Sequence record: LR745206.1
Length of the DNA stretch: 64,000 bases
Strand: one strand, 5' to 3'
Numbering within the stretch: the first letter of the stretch is position 1; every line of letters begins with the position of its first letter. The position numbers and the translations under genes were made by a program. Positions 48,157-57,508 of the stretch are shown here, piece by piece. Below the pieces are notes generated by a model that saw only the letters and a program-made list of their open reading frames with translations, made no database searches and was not told where the DNA came from.

Positions 48157-49419
48157 ATGTCAATAAATATAGTAGATAGAAGAAAGAATACTAAAGGGAA
48201 ATCCTCTGAGAATCGTCAGAGGTTCCTTAAACGCGTTGAAGGTCAAATTAAAAAGGCATTACCGGATATTATAAAGGGTACTAATATTAAAGATATTACA
48301 TCATCTAAAGATAAAGTTAAGGTTCCAATAAAAGGAATAAAAGAACCACAATTTACATATGATAAAGATAGTGGTGATAAGAAAAATGTACATCCTGGTA
48401 ATAAGGAATTTACGGAAGGTGATAAAATAAAAAAGCCAGATGATGGTAAAGGTAAGGGAGGTCGAAAAGGATCTAATGATCCAGCTACATCCGAAGATGA
48501 TTTTACTATATCAATAAGTAGAGAAGAATTTCTTGATTATTTTTTCCAAGATTTGGAATTACCAGATATGGTAAAAAAACATTTAGACTCAATAGTTGAT
48601 TTCAAACAAAAGAGAGCAGGTTATTCAAACCAAGGAACTCCAAATAGATTAAATGTTGTTAGATCTTATAAAAACTCTATGGCTCGTAGAATGGCTACAG
48701 GTATATTCTTCGATAAAAGAATTAAAGAGATAGAAGAAAGTCTTAAAGATGATAAACTATCAGATGTTGATAGAATAATACTTGAAAAAGAATTAGATAA
48801 GTTCAAAAAAATGAAGCTATCTGTTTCTTTTATGGAAGAGGTTGATTTACAATATAATAATTTTGATAAAGTAGCTATACCAACTACATCAGCGGTAATG
48901 TTTTGTATAATGGATATTTCTGGATCAATGGGTGAAAAAGAAAAAGATATATCTAAAAGATTCTTTATGTTATTATATATGTTTTTAACCAAACAATATG
49001 AAAGAATTGAGATAGTTTTTATAAAACATCACACTCAAGCCAGTGAGGTTTCTGAGGAAGATTTTTTTAATTCAAAGGAATCAGGTGGGACAGTTGTTGC
49101 ACCAGCTCTTGAGTTAATGAGAGAAATAATTAAAGAAAGATATTCAAAAAGTTGGAATATTTATGCAGCTCAGGCATCCGATGGTGATGTTTGGAATAAA
49201 TCAGATGCTGATGATTGTTATAATCTATTAAATGGTGAGATATTAAATGATATTCAATATATGGTTTATATTGAAGTTTGTAGAGAAAATGATGGTGATT
49301 TGTGGAATAATTATAGATCTTTATCAGAGAGTAGAAAGAATTTTGAGGTTGGAAAAATATCAGATGTTAGTCAAATATGGCAAGTGTTTCAAGACTTCTT
49401 TAAAAAGAAATCAATATAA
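48157..49419 (+). CDS. yeaH: YeaH/YhbH family vWA-domain protein
   Basis: IVDRR...NRQRF, PGNKEF, LELPDM, CIMDISGSM, SGGTVVAPAL, QASDGD. Confidence 0.93.
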   Translation: MSINIVDRRKNTKGKSSENRQRFLKRVEGQIKKALPDIIKGTNIKDITSSKDKVKVPIKGIKEPQFTYDKDSGDKKNVHPGNKEFTEGDKIKKPDDGKGKGGRKGSNDPATSEDDFTISISREEFLDYFFQDLELPDMVKKHLDSIVDFKQKRAGYSNQGTPNRLNVVRSYKNSMARRMATGIFFDKRIKEIEESLKDDKLSDVDRIILEKELDKFKKMKLSVSFMEEVDLQYNNFDKVAIPTTSAVMFCIMDISGSMGEKEKDISKRFFMLLYMFLTKQYERIEIVFIKHHTQASEVSEEDFFNSKESGGTVVAPALELMREIIKERYSKSWNIYAAQASDGDVWNKSDADDCYNLLNGEILNDIQYMVYIEVCRENDGDLWNNYRSLSESRKNFEVGKISDVSQIWQVFQDFFKKKSI

Positions 49420-49420
49420 T

Positions 49421-50920
49421 ATGAATAAAGAAGAATTAAAGAAAATATTCAGTAAATCAGATTGGGATAACGATACGATAATTCAAGCTAATGATATTGT
49501 ATCAAGAATAGCTTCTGAATATCTTGGACTTGATACATATCCAAATCAATTTGAAATTATATCATCAGAACAGATGTTAGATGCTTATTCATTGATTGGA
49601 TTACCATTATCTTACAACCATTGGAAATTTGGAAAAGATTTCGTTATAAACGAGAATCGATATAAAAAGGGTAGAATGGGTTTAGCATATGAGTTGGTAA
49701 TTAATTCAAATCCTTGTATATCATACAATATGGAAGATAACACAACCTGTTTGATGTTATTAGTATTGGCACATGCTGCTTATGGACATAATCACTTTTT
49801 CAAAAATAATTATCTATTTAAACAATGGACTCAAGCTGACTCTATAATAGATTATATGTTATTTGCTAAGAAATTTATTGCTGAGTGTGAAGAAAAATAT
49901 GGATATGAAGAGGTTGAAATGGTTTTAGATTCTTGTCATGCATTAATGAATTATGGGGTTGATAAGTATAAAAAACCAAGAAAACTATCACCTATTGAGG
50001 AACATAGTAGATTGAAGAAGAAGATTGAGGATGATAGAATTCTTTTAAATGATATTTGGAGAACAATTCCTGATAAGAAAGATAAAAGGTCTAAAAGAAC
50101 TAGATTCCCATCTCAACCAGAGGAGAATATACTTTATTTTATAGAGAAGAATTCACCTAAATTAAAAGAATGGCAACGTGAAATTGTTAGAATAGTTAGA
50201 AAGATATCTCAATATTTTTACCCACAAGGACAAAGTAAAGTTATTAATGAAGGTTGTGCTACATTCTCACATTTTGAAATAATAAACAAGATGTATGATG
50301 AGGGATATTTGGATGGTGGCTTTATGTTGGAGTTTATGCACCACCATTCTAATGTTGTTAATCAACCAGGATTTGATTCTAAATATTATTCGGGATTAAA
50401 CCCATACACATTGGGATTTAATATATTCAAAGATTTGAAGAGAATGTCATTAGAACCAACAAAAGAAGATTTAGCATGGTTTCCTAATATAGCAGGAAAA
50501 GGCAATTGGCAAGAAACATTTAGATATATTGTTGAGAACTTCAAAGATGAAACCTTTGTTTTACAATATCTTTCACCTAAAGTGATGAGGGATATGAAAT
50601 TATTTGAAATAAGTGATGAGGAAGGAAGTAAACATTATGAAGTAACTTCTATACATAATGATAGAGGTTATAAAAAAGTTAGACAATCACTTTCAGAATC
50701 ATATAATAGAAGCAGATATGTTCCGGATATACAAGTTTATAAAGTAGATGTTTTTGGTACAAGATCATTAACACTTGAATATACACCAATAAACAATAGA
50801 GATTTGGATTTAAGTGATATTGATAATGTTTTACCACATGTTAAATATTTATGGGGATTTCCTGTAAGAATGGTAAGTCGTGAAGATGGTAAGCTTGTTA
50901 ATATATCATCAATAGATTAA
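49421..50920 (+). CDS. spoVR: SpoVR/YcgB family protein
   Basis: Start ATG 49421. GLDTYPNQFE, YNHWKFGK, LAYELVIN, AHAAYGHNHFF, NEGCAT, NPYTLG. Confidence 0.93.
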   Translation: MNKEELKKIFSKSDWDNDTIIQANDIVSRIASEYLGLDTYPNQFEIISSEQMLDAYSLIGLPLSYNHWKFGKDFVINENRYKKGRMGLAYELVINSNPCISYNMEDNTTCLMLLVLAHAAYGHNHFFKNNYLFKQWTQADSIIDYMLFAKKFIAECEEKYGYEEVEMVLDSCHALMNYGVDKYKKPRKLSPIEEHSRLKKKIEDDRILLNDIWRTIPDKKDKRSKRTRFPSQPEENILYFIEKNSPKLKEWQREIVRIVRKISQYFYPQGQSKVINEGCATFSHFEIINKMYDEGYLDGGFMLEFMHHHSNVVNQPGFDSKYYSGLNPYTLGFNIFKDLKRMSLEPTKEDLAWFPNIAGKGNWQETFRYIVENFKDETFVLQYLSPKVMRDMKLFEISDEEGSKHYEVTSIHNDRGYKKVRQSLSESYNRSRYVPDIQVYKVDVFGTRSLTLEYTPINNRDLDLSDIDNVLPHVKYLWGFPVRMVSREDGKLVNISSID

Positions 50921-50927
50921 ATGAAAA

Positions 50928-51140
50928 TTAAATACCGAGTGATTTTATTTTTAGGTGTCTATCTAATAGTTTATAATCCTCTTTACCCATTGATAGTGTT
51001 ATCTTTTTATCTTTATAATGATCACCTTTTATATAGTCTATAAAAACTGAGTTTGTATAGTAAGTAACTTCTAATATTTCAACATCATCAAAGAAGCTAA
51101 TATCAATATCATATAATTCACCATATATTCTAACAGTCAT
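50928..51140 (-). CDS. small protein with C-terminal tag
   Basis: Ends DRHLKIKSLGI. Confidence 0.6.
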   Translation of the reverse strand: MTVRIYGELYDIDISFFDDVEILEVTYYTNSVFIDYIKGDHYKDKKITLSMGKEDYKLLDRHLKIKSLGI

Positions 51141-51546
51141 ATTTTATAATCTCCACACCAGCTTCTTTTAGAAACTCCAAACCAGAAGCATCTTTATATT
51201 CTTTTATATAAACTAATCGTTTTATACCAGATTGTAAAATCAATTTAGAGCAGTCTTTACAAGGTGAATGTGTTTGATATAAAGTACCACCTTCACAAGA
51301 ATGTCCATGTCTAGCACATTTAAGAATAGCGTTAGCTTCTCCATGTATTACATACCAATTAGTGGTACCATCTTCTATCTCACAAGCGTTATCGAACCCT
51401 GTGGGTGTACCATTATATCCATCTGATATAATCATACCATTCTTAACTATAAGAGCTCCTACTTGTTTCCTATTACAATGTGAGAGTGTCGCCCACTCTT
51501 TAGCCATATTCAAATAGGTTCTATCGTATCTTTCTTGTTTATCCAC
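51130..51546 (-). CDS. dCMP deaminase (ComEB-like)
   Basis: Probable GTG start. VGALIV, GYNGTP, HGEANAI, PCKDC. Confidence 0.9.
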   Translation of the reverse strand: MDKQERYDRTYLNMAKEWATLSHCNRKQVGALIVKNGMIISDGYNGTPTGFDNACEIEDGTTNWYVIHGEANAILKCARHGHSCEGGTLYQTHSPCKDCSKLILQSGIKRLVYIKEYKDASGLEFLKEAGVEIIKYDC

Positions 51547-51694
51547 CAAAAATATTTTTAATTTTATATTTTCTAAATTCCTCTTTTGTTAATTGTAGTA
51601 TGTTTTTAAGAGCCCACTCAACACTAACCGCATTAGTACCACTCATAGCACTAAACATCTCTGCTCTCATTTTTGCTTTACTGATACTTCTCAT
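51539..51694 (-). CDS. 51-aa protein with portal-like segment and C-terminal tag
   Basis: MRSISKAKMRAEMFSAMSGTNAVSVEWALKNILQLTKEEFRKYKIKNIFGG. Fills the nusG-deaminase gap. Not in the ORF track. Confidence 0.6.
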   Translation of the reverse strand: MRSISKAKMRAEMFSAMSGTNAVSVEWALKNILQLTKEEFRKYKIKNIFGG

Positions 51695-51696
51695 TT

Positions 51697-52233
51697 TTAC
51701 AATTTATCTATTTGTAAAGAACTAACCTCTACTGGTGTTTTTCTACCAAAAATAGAAATACTTAGTTTAACTTTTTGACCTGATATATCATCAATAACAC
51801 CTTTCATTGTAGAGAAAGGTCCGTCAGTTATTCTAACTTCTTCACCTATTATGAATGGTGTTTCAACTTCAACTTCTTCACAGGATTTTTGATGACCTAT
51901 CTTATCGACTTCATTATCACGCATTGGTTTGATATCACCAGATCTAGATGTTAGAAATCCTGTTGCTCCATTACAACCCTTTAGGAAGTATTTCAATTCA
52001 CCAACAGCATTTGTCTCAACAAAAATATATCCTGGGTACATTATCTTTTCTCTTTTGACTTTCTTATTATTTTTTAAATAAAAAGTAGTCTCCATAGGAG
52101 CAAGAACTTGTCCAATTTTATTTTCTAAATCAGGATCTTTCTTTATTTTCTCTACAACACTTCTTTCTTTATTACCTTGTGTTCTAACAATATACCAATT
52201 CATTTCACTTTTTGTTTGATTTTCCATAATCAT
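51697..52233 (-). CDS. nusG: transcription termination/antitermination factor NusG
   Basis: WYIVRT..NKE, YPGYIFVE, KOW GEEVRITDGPF, ISIFGRKTPVEV. Confidence 0.92.
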   Translation of the reverse strand: MIMENQTKSEMNWYIVRTQGNKERSVVEKIKKDPDLENKIGQVLAPMETTFYLKNNKKVKREKIMYPGYIFVETNAVGELKYFLKGCNGATGFLTSRSGDIKPMRDNEVDKIGHQKSCEEVEVETPFIIGEEVRITDGPFSTMKGVIDDISGQKVKLSISIFGRKTPVEVSSLQIDKL

Positions 52234-52244
52234 TTTAATTTAAT

Positions 52245-52631
52245 TTATTTTTCAAGTTCTTTATAATACTTCAACTCTTCTTTTATAAAATCGAAGTTGT
52301 GTTCGATTAAGTATTCCAAATCAACTTTTTTTATTTTTAATTTTCTCAAAAGTAATTTGAAATCTTTTTCTGGGATAATAGGTTTATCCTTTGCTCCCTT
52401 TGACCAAAACCAATTTGGGTAACTTTTATTTAACATAAAATAATACCACAAATCCATAGATGATACCTTATTTATATTTTTAAGGTTAAGAAGTTGTGAT
52501 TTCTCTGGATACTTTTTACAGAAGTACCTATTGAAGATAAAGAAATTCTTTTCCTTATCTTCATTGGTTATATTTTTCCACTCACTTTTATTTCTAAACA
52601 TTGCATTAGCAACATCAATTAGTTCCGCCAT
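52245..52631 (-). CDS. possible clamp-loader small subunit (T4 gp62-like)
   Basis: Start ATG 52631. FFIFNRYF...LLN pattern and position next to RNase H. Weak. Confidence 0.35.
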   Translation of the reverse strand: MAELIDVANAMFRNKSEWKNITNEDKEKNFFIFNRYFCKKYPEKSQLLNLKNINKVSSMDLWYYFMLNKSYPNWFWSKGAKDKPIIPEKDFKLLLRKLKIKKVDLEYLIEHNFDFIKEELKYYKELEK

Positions 52632-53589
52632 GTATTTCTTCCATTTTATCAATTATCACCTTGGGTATATTAATCAATCTTAGATCCATTAATTTTACAT
52701 TAGATTCTATATTAGTGACAATATCAGATATTTTTGTTTTACTTAATTTCTTTTTCTCACAAATTAGGTCTGCTATATTTTCATGCATATCAGGATCATT
52801 ATGATTCATATCACCAAATTCGAGTAAATATTCATCATAAATAGATTGTGCTCCTTTTACACCAATACCTCTTTTCTTACCATTCTTAACAACTGACCAA
52901 ACGGATCCAATATTATCAGACTTATCACCCGATATAATCTTAACCATTAATGATTCCATAGAATCTATTTCATGTATTTCATACTTTTTCATAAATCCTT
53001 TCATAAGTCCTAAAAACTCAGAGTTATCATTGATATTGAAAATATCATTATTTGGTATTTTAGAAACCTTATTGATAAATATCTGGTAGTTTTTTGGTAA
53101 AAATAATTTTTCTTTATTATACATCTCATTGGACATCATATTTATCCATAATGGATCCATACTATATTTTACAATTTGTTTGATATCATAGTCATTTGAT
53201 ACAATCAAAGTAGATCTACCCTCATTGTTAGCTTTATCACATAAAAAAGCTATCCAATCATCTCCCTCTATATGAGGAGCTTCCATAACTTTAAATGTAT
53301 CTTTCATAGACTCCTTAAACTCACCATAAGCTTGGTAAACAAACTTCCAATCAATATCAGAATCTTTTTTACGTGTTCCTTTATATTCATCAATATAATC
53401 TTTTCTCCAAGATTTTTCTTTTGAATCAGATACTAAATAAACATTAGCAAAAGGATACCACTTTTTGTATTTCACTACCGCATTTTCCAATGCTTTGTGT
53501 AATGCTCCATAAAGTAGGTTATTTTTATGTAGAGTAAAAACTAAACGACTAAGAATATAATTTCCATCAATTATTAAATCACAATTCAT
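52615..53589 (-). CDS. rnh: 5'-3' exonuclease, T4 RNase H-like
   Basis: IIDGNY, SWRK..IDEYKGTR, EGDDWIA, VSNDYD, SGDKSDNI. Confidence 0.85.
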   Translation of the reverse strand: MNCDLIIDGNYILSRLVFTLHKNNLLYGALHKALENAVVKYKKWYPFANVYLVSDSKEKSWRKDYIDEYKGTRKKDSDIDWKFVYQAYGEFKESMKDTFKVMEAPHIEGDDWIAFLCDKANNEGRSTLIVSNDYDIKQIVKYSMDPLWINMMSNEMYNKEKLFLPKNYQIFINKVSKIPNNDIFNINDNSEFLGLMKGFMKKYEIHEIDSMESLMVKIISGDKSDNIGSVWSVVKNGKKRGIGVKGAQSIYDEYLLEFGDMNHNDPDMHENIADLICEKKKLSKTKISDIVTNIESNVKLMDLRLINIPKVIIDKMEEIHGGTN

Positions 53590-53609
53590 TAAATTCTCTT
53601 TATTTAGAA

Positions 53610-53637
53610 TTTATATAGTGTAATGTGTGTTAAGTTT
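53610..53637 (-). promoter_or_regulatory. putative middle promoter AAACTT-N16-TATAAA
   Basis: Upstream of the RNase H gene. Confidence 0.45.
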
Positions 53638-53641
53638 GATT

Positions 53642-54031
53642 TTATTTCTTTATAACTTCATCTATCTTTCTGTCTCTCTCTAATACAATGAATTTACTTT
53701 CTAAGAATTTTTCTATTTCTTTTGGTAATGAAACTTGCTGCTTTTTTAACTCATCATAATAAGGTTTACCTAAAACATTAATTATTGATATAATCATAGC
53801 AACATTAGAATCCAACCAACCTTCCACTTCTAGATCTTCCCCTAAAATATGGTAGGTTGTTTTTTGAGGTTGTATTGAATACCCAACAAAATTACCAGAA
53901 GAGTTTGATACAGTTATATTTGATCCACTTGAAATTGTTACATTTGATCCAGTTCCATAGATAGAGCTTGTTGTGCCTGTGTAGATAGAGCTTGTGTGTA
54001 CATTACTACCATTTATATTTACGAATCCCAT
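53642..54031 (-). CDS. hypothetical protein, S/T-rich N-terminus, C-terminal tag
   Basis: Ends ERDRKIDEVIKK. Confidence 0.65.
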   Translation of the reverse strand: MGFVNINGSNVHTSSIYTGTTSSIYGTGSNVTISSGSNITVSNSSGNFVGYSIQPQKTTYHILGEDLEVEGWLDSNVAMIISIINVLGKPYYDELKKQQVSLPKEIEKFLESKFIVLERDRKIDEVIKK

Positions 54032-54060
54032 GTCATTTATATTAAATATAAATGATTTGT

Positions 54061-54597
54061 TTAAAGTATCATATTAATTTGAATATCTCTATATAATGTT
54101 CTAAAATCATCCCTTATCTCATTATCATAATCTGATATATCTTTACCAGCATAATAATCAAAGTATGAATTATTAACCTTCTTTAGCACAACTTCATAAC
54201 AATCTTTTATTAAATCTGAGCAATTTTCTTTTATACACCAATCGACCATATTTTTAATTAAATCGAATTCCATTTTTTTAAATCCTATATAAAATGGTTT
54301 TTGCGCATATGAAAAAAGATAATGTGTGATTACCTTCTCGTTTAGATACTCAACACCTTTAGGGTTAGATAGTTCTGGTGTGGTGAAGTAGAATTTATAT
54401 CCTGAATCAATCACCCACTTTGTTAATTTTAATATTTGTCTTTGTATTTTATTCTCTAGAAATATATAAACAATATCATCATCTATAAAAGCTACTGGTA
54501 CATGCTCATATTTTTTATACATAAGGTAATTACCCTTAACTAACCAATCACAATCATGTGGTCTAAATTTAAGTGGTATCAAATCATTTAATTCCAT
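54061..54597 (-). CDS. hypothetical protein with C-terminal tag variant
   Basis: Ends YRDIQINMIL. Confidence 0.65.
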   Translation of the reverse strand: MELNDLIPLKFRPHDCDWLVKGNYLMYKKYEHVPVAFIDDDIVYIFLENKIQRQILKLTKWVIDSGYKFYFTTPELSNPKGVEYLNEKVITHYLFSYAQKPFYIGFKKMEFDLIKNMVDWCIKENCSDLIKDCYEVVLKKVNNSYFDYYAGKDISDYDNEIRDDFRTLYRDIQINMIL

Positions 54598-54910
54598 ATT
54601 CCTTTAGTATTTTAAAAAATTCAATTTTTTTAGCTTCCCTTGTTCCTTTTTTATTGTTATCCCTCCAATATGCTTTACCTTTATTTGGTGAATATTTAAC
54701 TTTATGTCTTGAATCCCATATACAAGTCTTATAAGTCTTATACATATGGTTATCCTTCGTTCCTATATAATCTTTTAATATAGGTGATTTGTGTATAATA
54801 CCATTTATATCAATAAAACTCCACCAAGAACCATGGTGATCAACTATTCGTTTAATTCTACGAATAACTATAATATCTTCCATATTTCTGCGCCAGGCAC
54901 GAGTTCTCAT
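54584..54910 (-). CDS. small basic hypothetical protein
   Basis: MRTRAWRR..., follows TATCTTTG. Confidence 0.65.
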   Translation of the reverse strand: MRTRAWRRNMEDIIVIRRIKRIVDHHGSWWSFIDINGIIHKSPILKDYIGTKDNHMYKTYKTCIWDSRHKVKYSPNKGKAYWRDNNKKGTREAKKIEFFKILKEYGIK

Positions 54911-54915
54911 AAACG

Positions 54916-54923
54916 CAAAGATA
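54916..54923 (-). promoter_or_regulatory. Bacteroidota-type -7 element TATCTTTG(C)
   Basis: CAAAGATA on the plus strand, 5 nt before ATG 54910. Confidence 0.6.
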
Positions 54924-54930
54924 CGGAATA

Positions 54931-55368
54931 TTAATCTAAAACCGAATTTAACTTGATATCTCTTTTATATGAATTTATTACACTTTCTAATGATTGTGTA
55001 TTTATATCCTTATCCAACATAGTTTTAATATTCTGTATTGAAAAACTACAATCTATATATGATAGATCATTTCCATCCCAAGAAAATGGTGATGTTTTAA
55101 ATAGTGTATTCTTTACTTGTAAAATATCAAATCTTATCACATCACCAACTCTATTTTGATGTGATATGATAAGTATATCAGTATTCACTATATCATCATA
55201 CCCAACATCAGGCATATCTTGAAATTTACAGTTTATTATATCATTTACAATTTCATATCTCTCAATATGTGCTGTTTTAGTCTCACCAGATTTTGTTATG
55301 AATCTAGCATCATAGAGACTTGTATAAATTGGCTCAATCGATTTATGTGCAAAGTGTGGTAATCCCAT
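54931..55368 (-). CDS. tail-tube-like protein with C-terminal tag
   Basis: MGLPHF...EPIYTSLYDARF...QNRVGDVIR, ends KRDIKLNSVLD. Confidence 0.5.
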   Translation of the reverse strand: MGLPHFAHKSIEPIYTSLYDARFITKSGETKTAHIERYEIVNDIINCKFQDMPDVGYDDIVNTDILIISHQNRVGDVIRFDILQVKNTLFKTSPFSWDGNDLSYIDCSFSIQNIKTMLDKDINTQSLESVINSYKRDIKLNSVLD

Positions 55369-57212
55369 TATTTCAATAGTTCTTTTTTTCTTAAATCCGA
55401 ATCTTTACCAAACCATATATTTAATGACTCTTCTGAAACATCATCCATTGTTATTTGTGTTAATCTAGGTGAGTTTATGATATCTTGGTACTCATCATCA
55501 ACAAGAGCAGCAAGACCTTTTTTATACTTAATTTCAAATTGCTTTAAGTCATTCTTCTCTTCCCATTCATTATATTCTGTTTGTGAATAGAATAATATCT
55601 TCTTACTACCTTTTTTCCTAGGTATAGCAACGACTATCGGAGTCTCTACTTTATATAACATTCTTCTCTCAAACATATCTGGCCAATATTTATAGAAGAA
55701 GTTTATCAGAAGAGCAGCAATTGAGTTACCATCAACATCAGCATCAACATATAATAAAACTCTACCATATCTAAGTGATTTAAGATCAATCTCTTGTCCT
55801 AGTTTTAGTCCAATTGATGCCATTAAATTAACGGCTTCGTTATTTTGTACTAATTTTTGATTAGATATCTCAGAAACATTAATAAATTTACCCTTTAGTG
55901 AGAAGGCTCCCATTGTCTGAGAGTCTCTATACTTTCTAACTGCTCCTGCAGCTGAATCACCCTCAAATATACCAAGTGAATATTTCCACCGTTCTTTACC
56001 TTTAGCATCAATTAACTTTTCAACTTTTATTTTAGATAATTTTTTATTTAAATCTCTTTGTAACTTATTATCATCAGCATTTTTCTTTTGTTGGATCCAG
56101 TCTAATATGGAATTAACTATTTCTGATTTCAATATAGATTGAACTAATTTTTTACTAACCTCAAATGTTGTTCCAAAATCTTTTATTTCTGTTATTAACT
56201 TTTCCTTTGTTTGTGATGAGAATGATGGATTAATGACAGTAGCATCAAGAAATATAAACATATGATTTTTTAATTCTGATGGTTTAATATCAACTTTATG
56301 TTTTTTTAAGAAATATTCTCTCATCTCAACTATTATCTGATTCATAACATAATCAAGATGTGTACCACCATCATATGTTTCTGTTGAGTTAGAAAAACTA
56401 ACTTGTTGGAACCCATTTTCTGATAAAGCAATACCAACTGACCAACTACTACCTTTTTTTGTCTCAAAGAAATATTCATCAACATAAAGTTTTATATAAT
56501 CTTCAAATGACTTGAAGTTAATAACTTTACCATTGAAGTATATTTTTATGGATGTGTTACAAGCAGCTAAATCATAAACACGTTTCTCAATCATTTTGAA
56601 GTGATCATCATCAATACCATCCATTTCAAATTTATCAAAATCTGTAAGAAATGATATTAAAGTATGTGCTCTTGTTGCTTTTTTTATTTTCGGAGAGGTT
56701 CTATCCCTCATGTTATTCTTGAATGTTTGATCAAATTGATTTTTACCATCACAAGTTGTTATTTTGAATTGTGTTGAATAGATATTGGTTAATGTAGAAC
56801 CTACACCATTAGTACCAGCCCAAGACCTCTCTTCACTATCATCAAAGTTTGATCCAGCTTTTAGATTAGAGAATATCATCTCTGGTATCCACTCTTTGTG
56901 TTCTGTGTGTTTTACAACTGGAATACCACCATTATCCCAAATAGATATTTCATTTGTTTTATTATCTATATTTACTTTTATTATATTTAGTTTAGAACCT
57001 TTTCTTTTACTTTCATCAACCGAGTTGGTTATAATCTCATCAAATATCTTTAGAAATCCTGGATTATAAGTTATTTCCTTTTGTTTCATTTTATCATCAT
57101 CAATCAACCATCTAGTTGATGTGTGTGGTTTTATAGACCCAATATACATACCTGGTCTAAGTATAACGTGGTCTATATCGTCTAATTTTTGGAATTTCTT
57201 ATCTACTGACAT
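55368..57212 (-). CDS. gp39: type II DNA topoisomerase large subunit (GHKL ATPase plus TOPRIM; T4 gp39/60-like)
   Basis: RPGMYIGS, DEIITNSVD, DNGGIP, GTNGVG, EGDSA, LKGK, DADVDG, YKKGL. Confidence 0.93.
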   Translation of the reverse strand: MSVDKKFQKLDDIDHVILRPGMYIGSIKPHTSTRWLIDDDKMKQKEITYNPGFLKIFDEIITNSVDESKRKGSKLNIIKVNIDNKTNEISIWDNGGIPVVKHTEHKEWIPEMIFSNLKAGSNFDDSEERSWAGTNGVGSTLTNIYSTQFKITTCDGKNQFDQTFKNNMRDRTSPKIKKATRAHTLISFLTDFDKFEMDGIDDDHFKMIEKRVYDLAACNTSIKIYFNGKVINFKSFEDYIKLYVDEYFFETKKGSSWSVGIALSENGFQQVSFSNSTETYDGGTHLDYVMNQIIVEMREYFLKKHKVDIKPSELKNHMFIFLDATVINPSFSSQTKEKLITEIKDFGTTFEVSKKLVQSILKSEIVNSILDWIQQKKNADDNKLQRDLNKKLSKIKVEKLIDAKGKERWKYSLGIFEGDSAAGAVRKYRDSQTMGAFSLKGKFINVSEISNQKLVQNNEAVNLMASIGLKLGQEIDLKSLRYGRVLLYVDADVDGNSIAALLINFFYKYWPDMFERRMLYKVETPIVVAIPRKKGSKKILFYSQTEYNEWEEKNDLKQFEIKYKKGLAALVDDEYQDIINSPRLTQITMDDVSEESLNIWFGKDSDLRKKELLK

Positions 57213-57236
57213 ACTTTTAAAAGTGTGATTTTAGTT

Positions 57237-57264
57237 TATATATAGTAAAATAAAAACTTTGTTT
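57237..57264 (-). promoter_or_regulatory. putative middle promoter AAACAA-N16-TATATA
   Basis: Upstream of the topoisomerase large subunit, identical architecture to 59019..59046. Confidence 0.5.
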
Positions 57265-57508
57265 AAGAGTTTAACAATTCTGATATCTTTCTATCTCTGT
57301 CTATACCCCTTAACACACCTACTATATTTGATTCATATCCAGAATAAATTGGGTGAAGATAATCTTCCTCATCAACATAAGATAATTGCCAATGATTTGG
57401 ATAATTTGGCTTTTCCCACAATATATGTTTACCATTGAAAGTTGGTTTAGACCACTCATCAAACTCTTCGCAATAAATAAAACCATATTTCTCAGGAAAT
57501 TCACTCAT
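57263..57508 (-). CDS. small protein with C-terminal tag
   Basis: Ends DRDRKISELLNS. Confidence 0.6.
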   Translation of the reverse strand: MSEFPEKYGFIYCEEFDEWSKPTFNGKHILWEKPNYPNHWQLSYVDEEDYLHPIYSGYESNIVGVLRGIDRDRKISELLNS

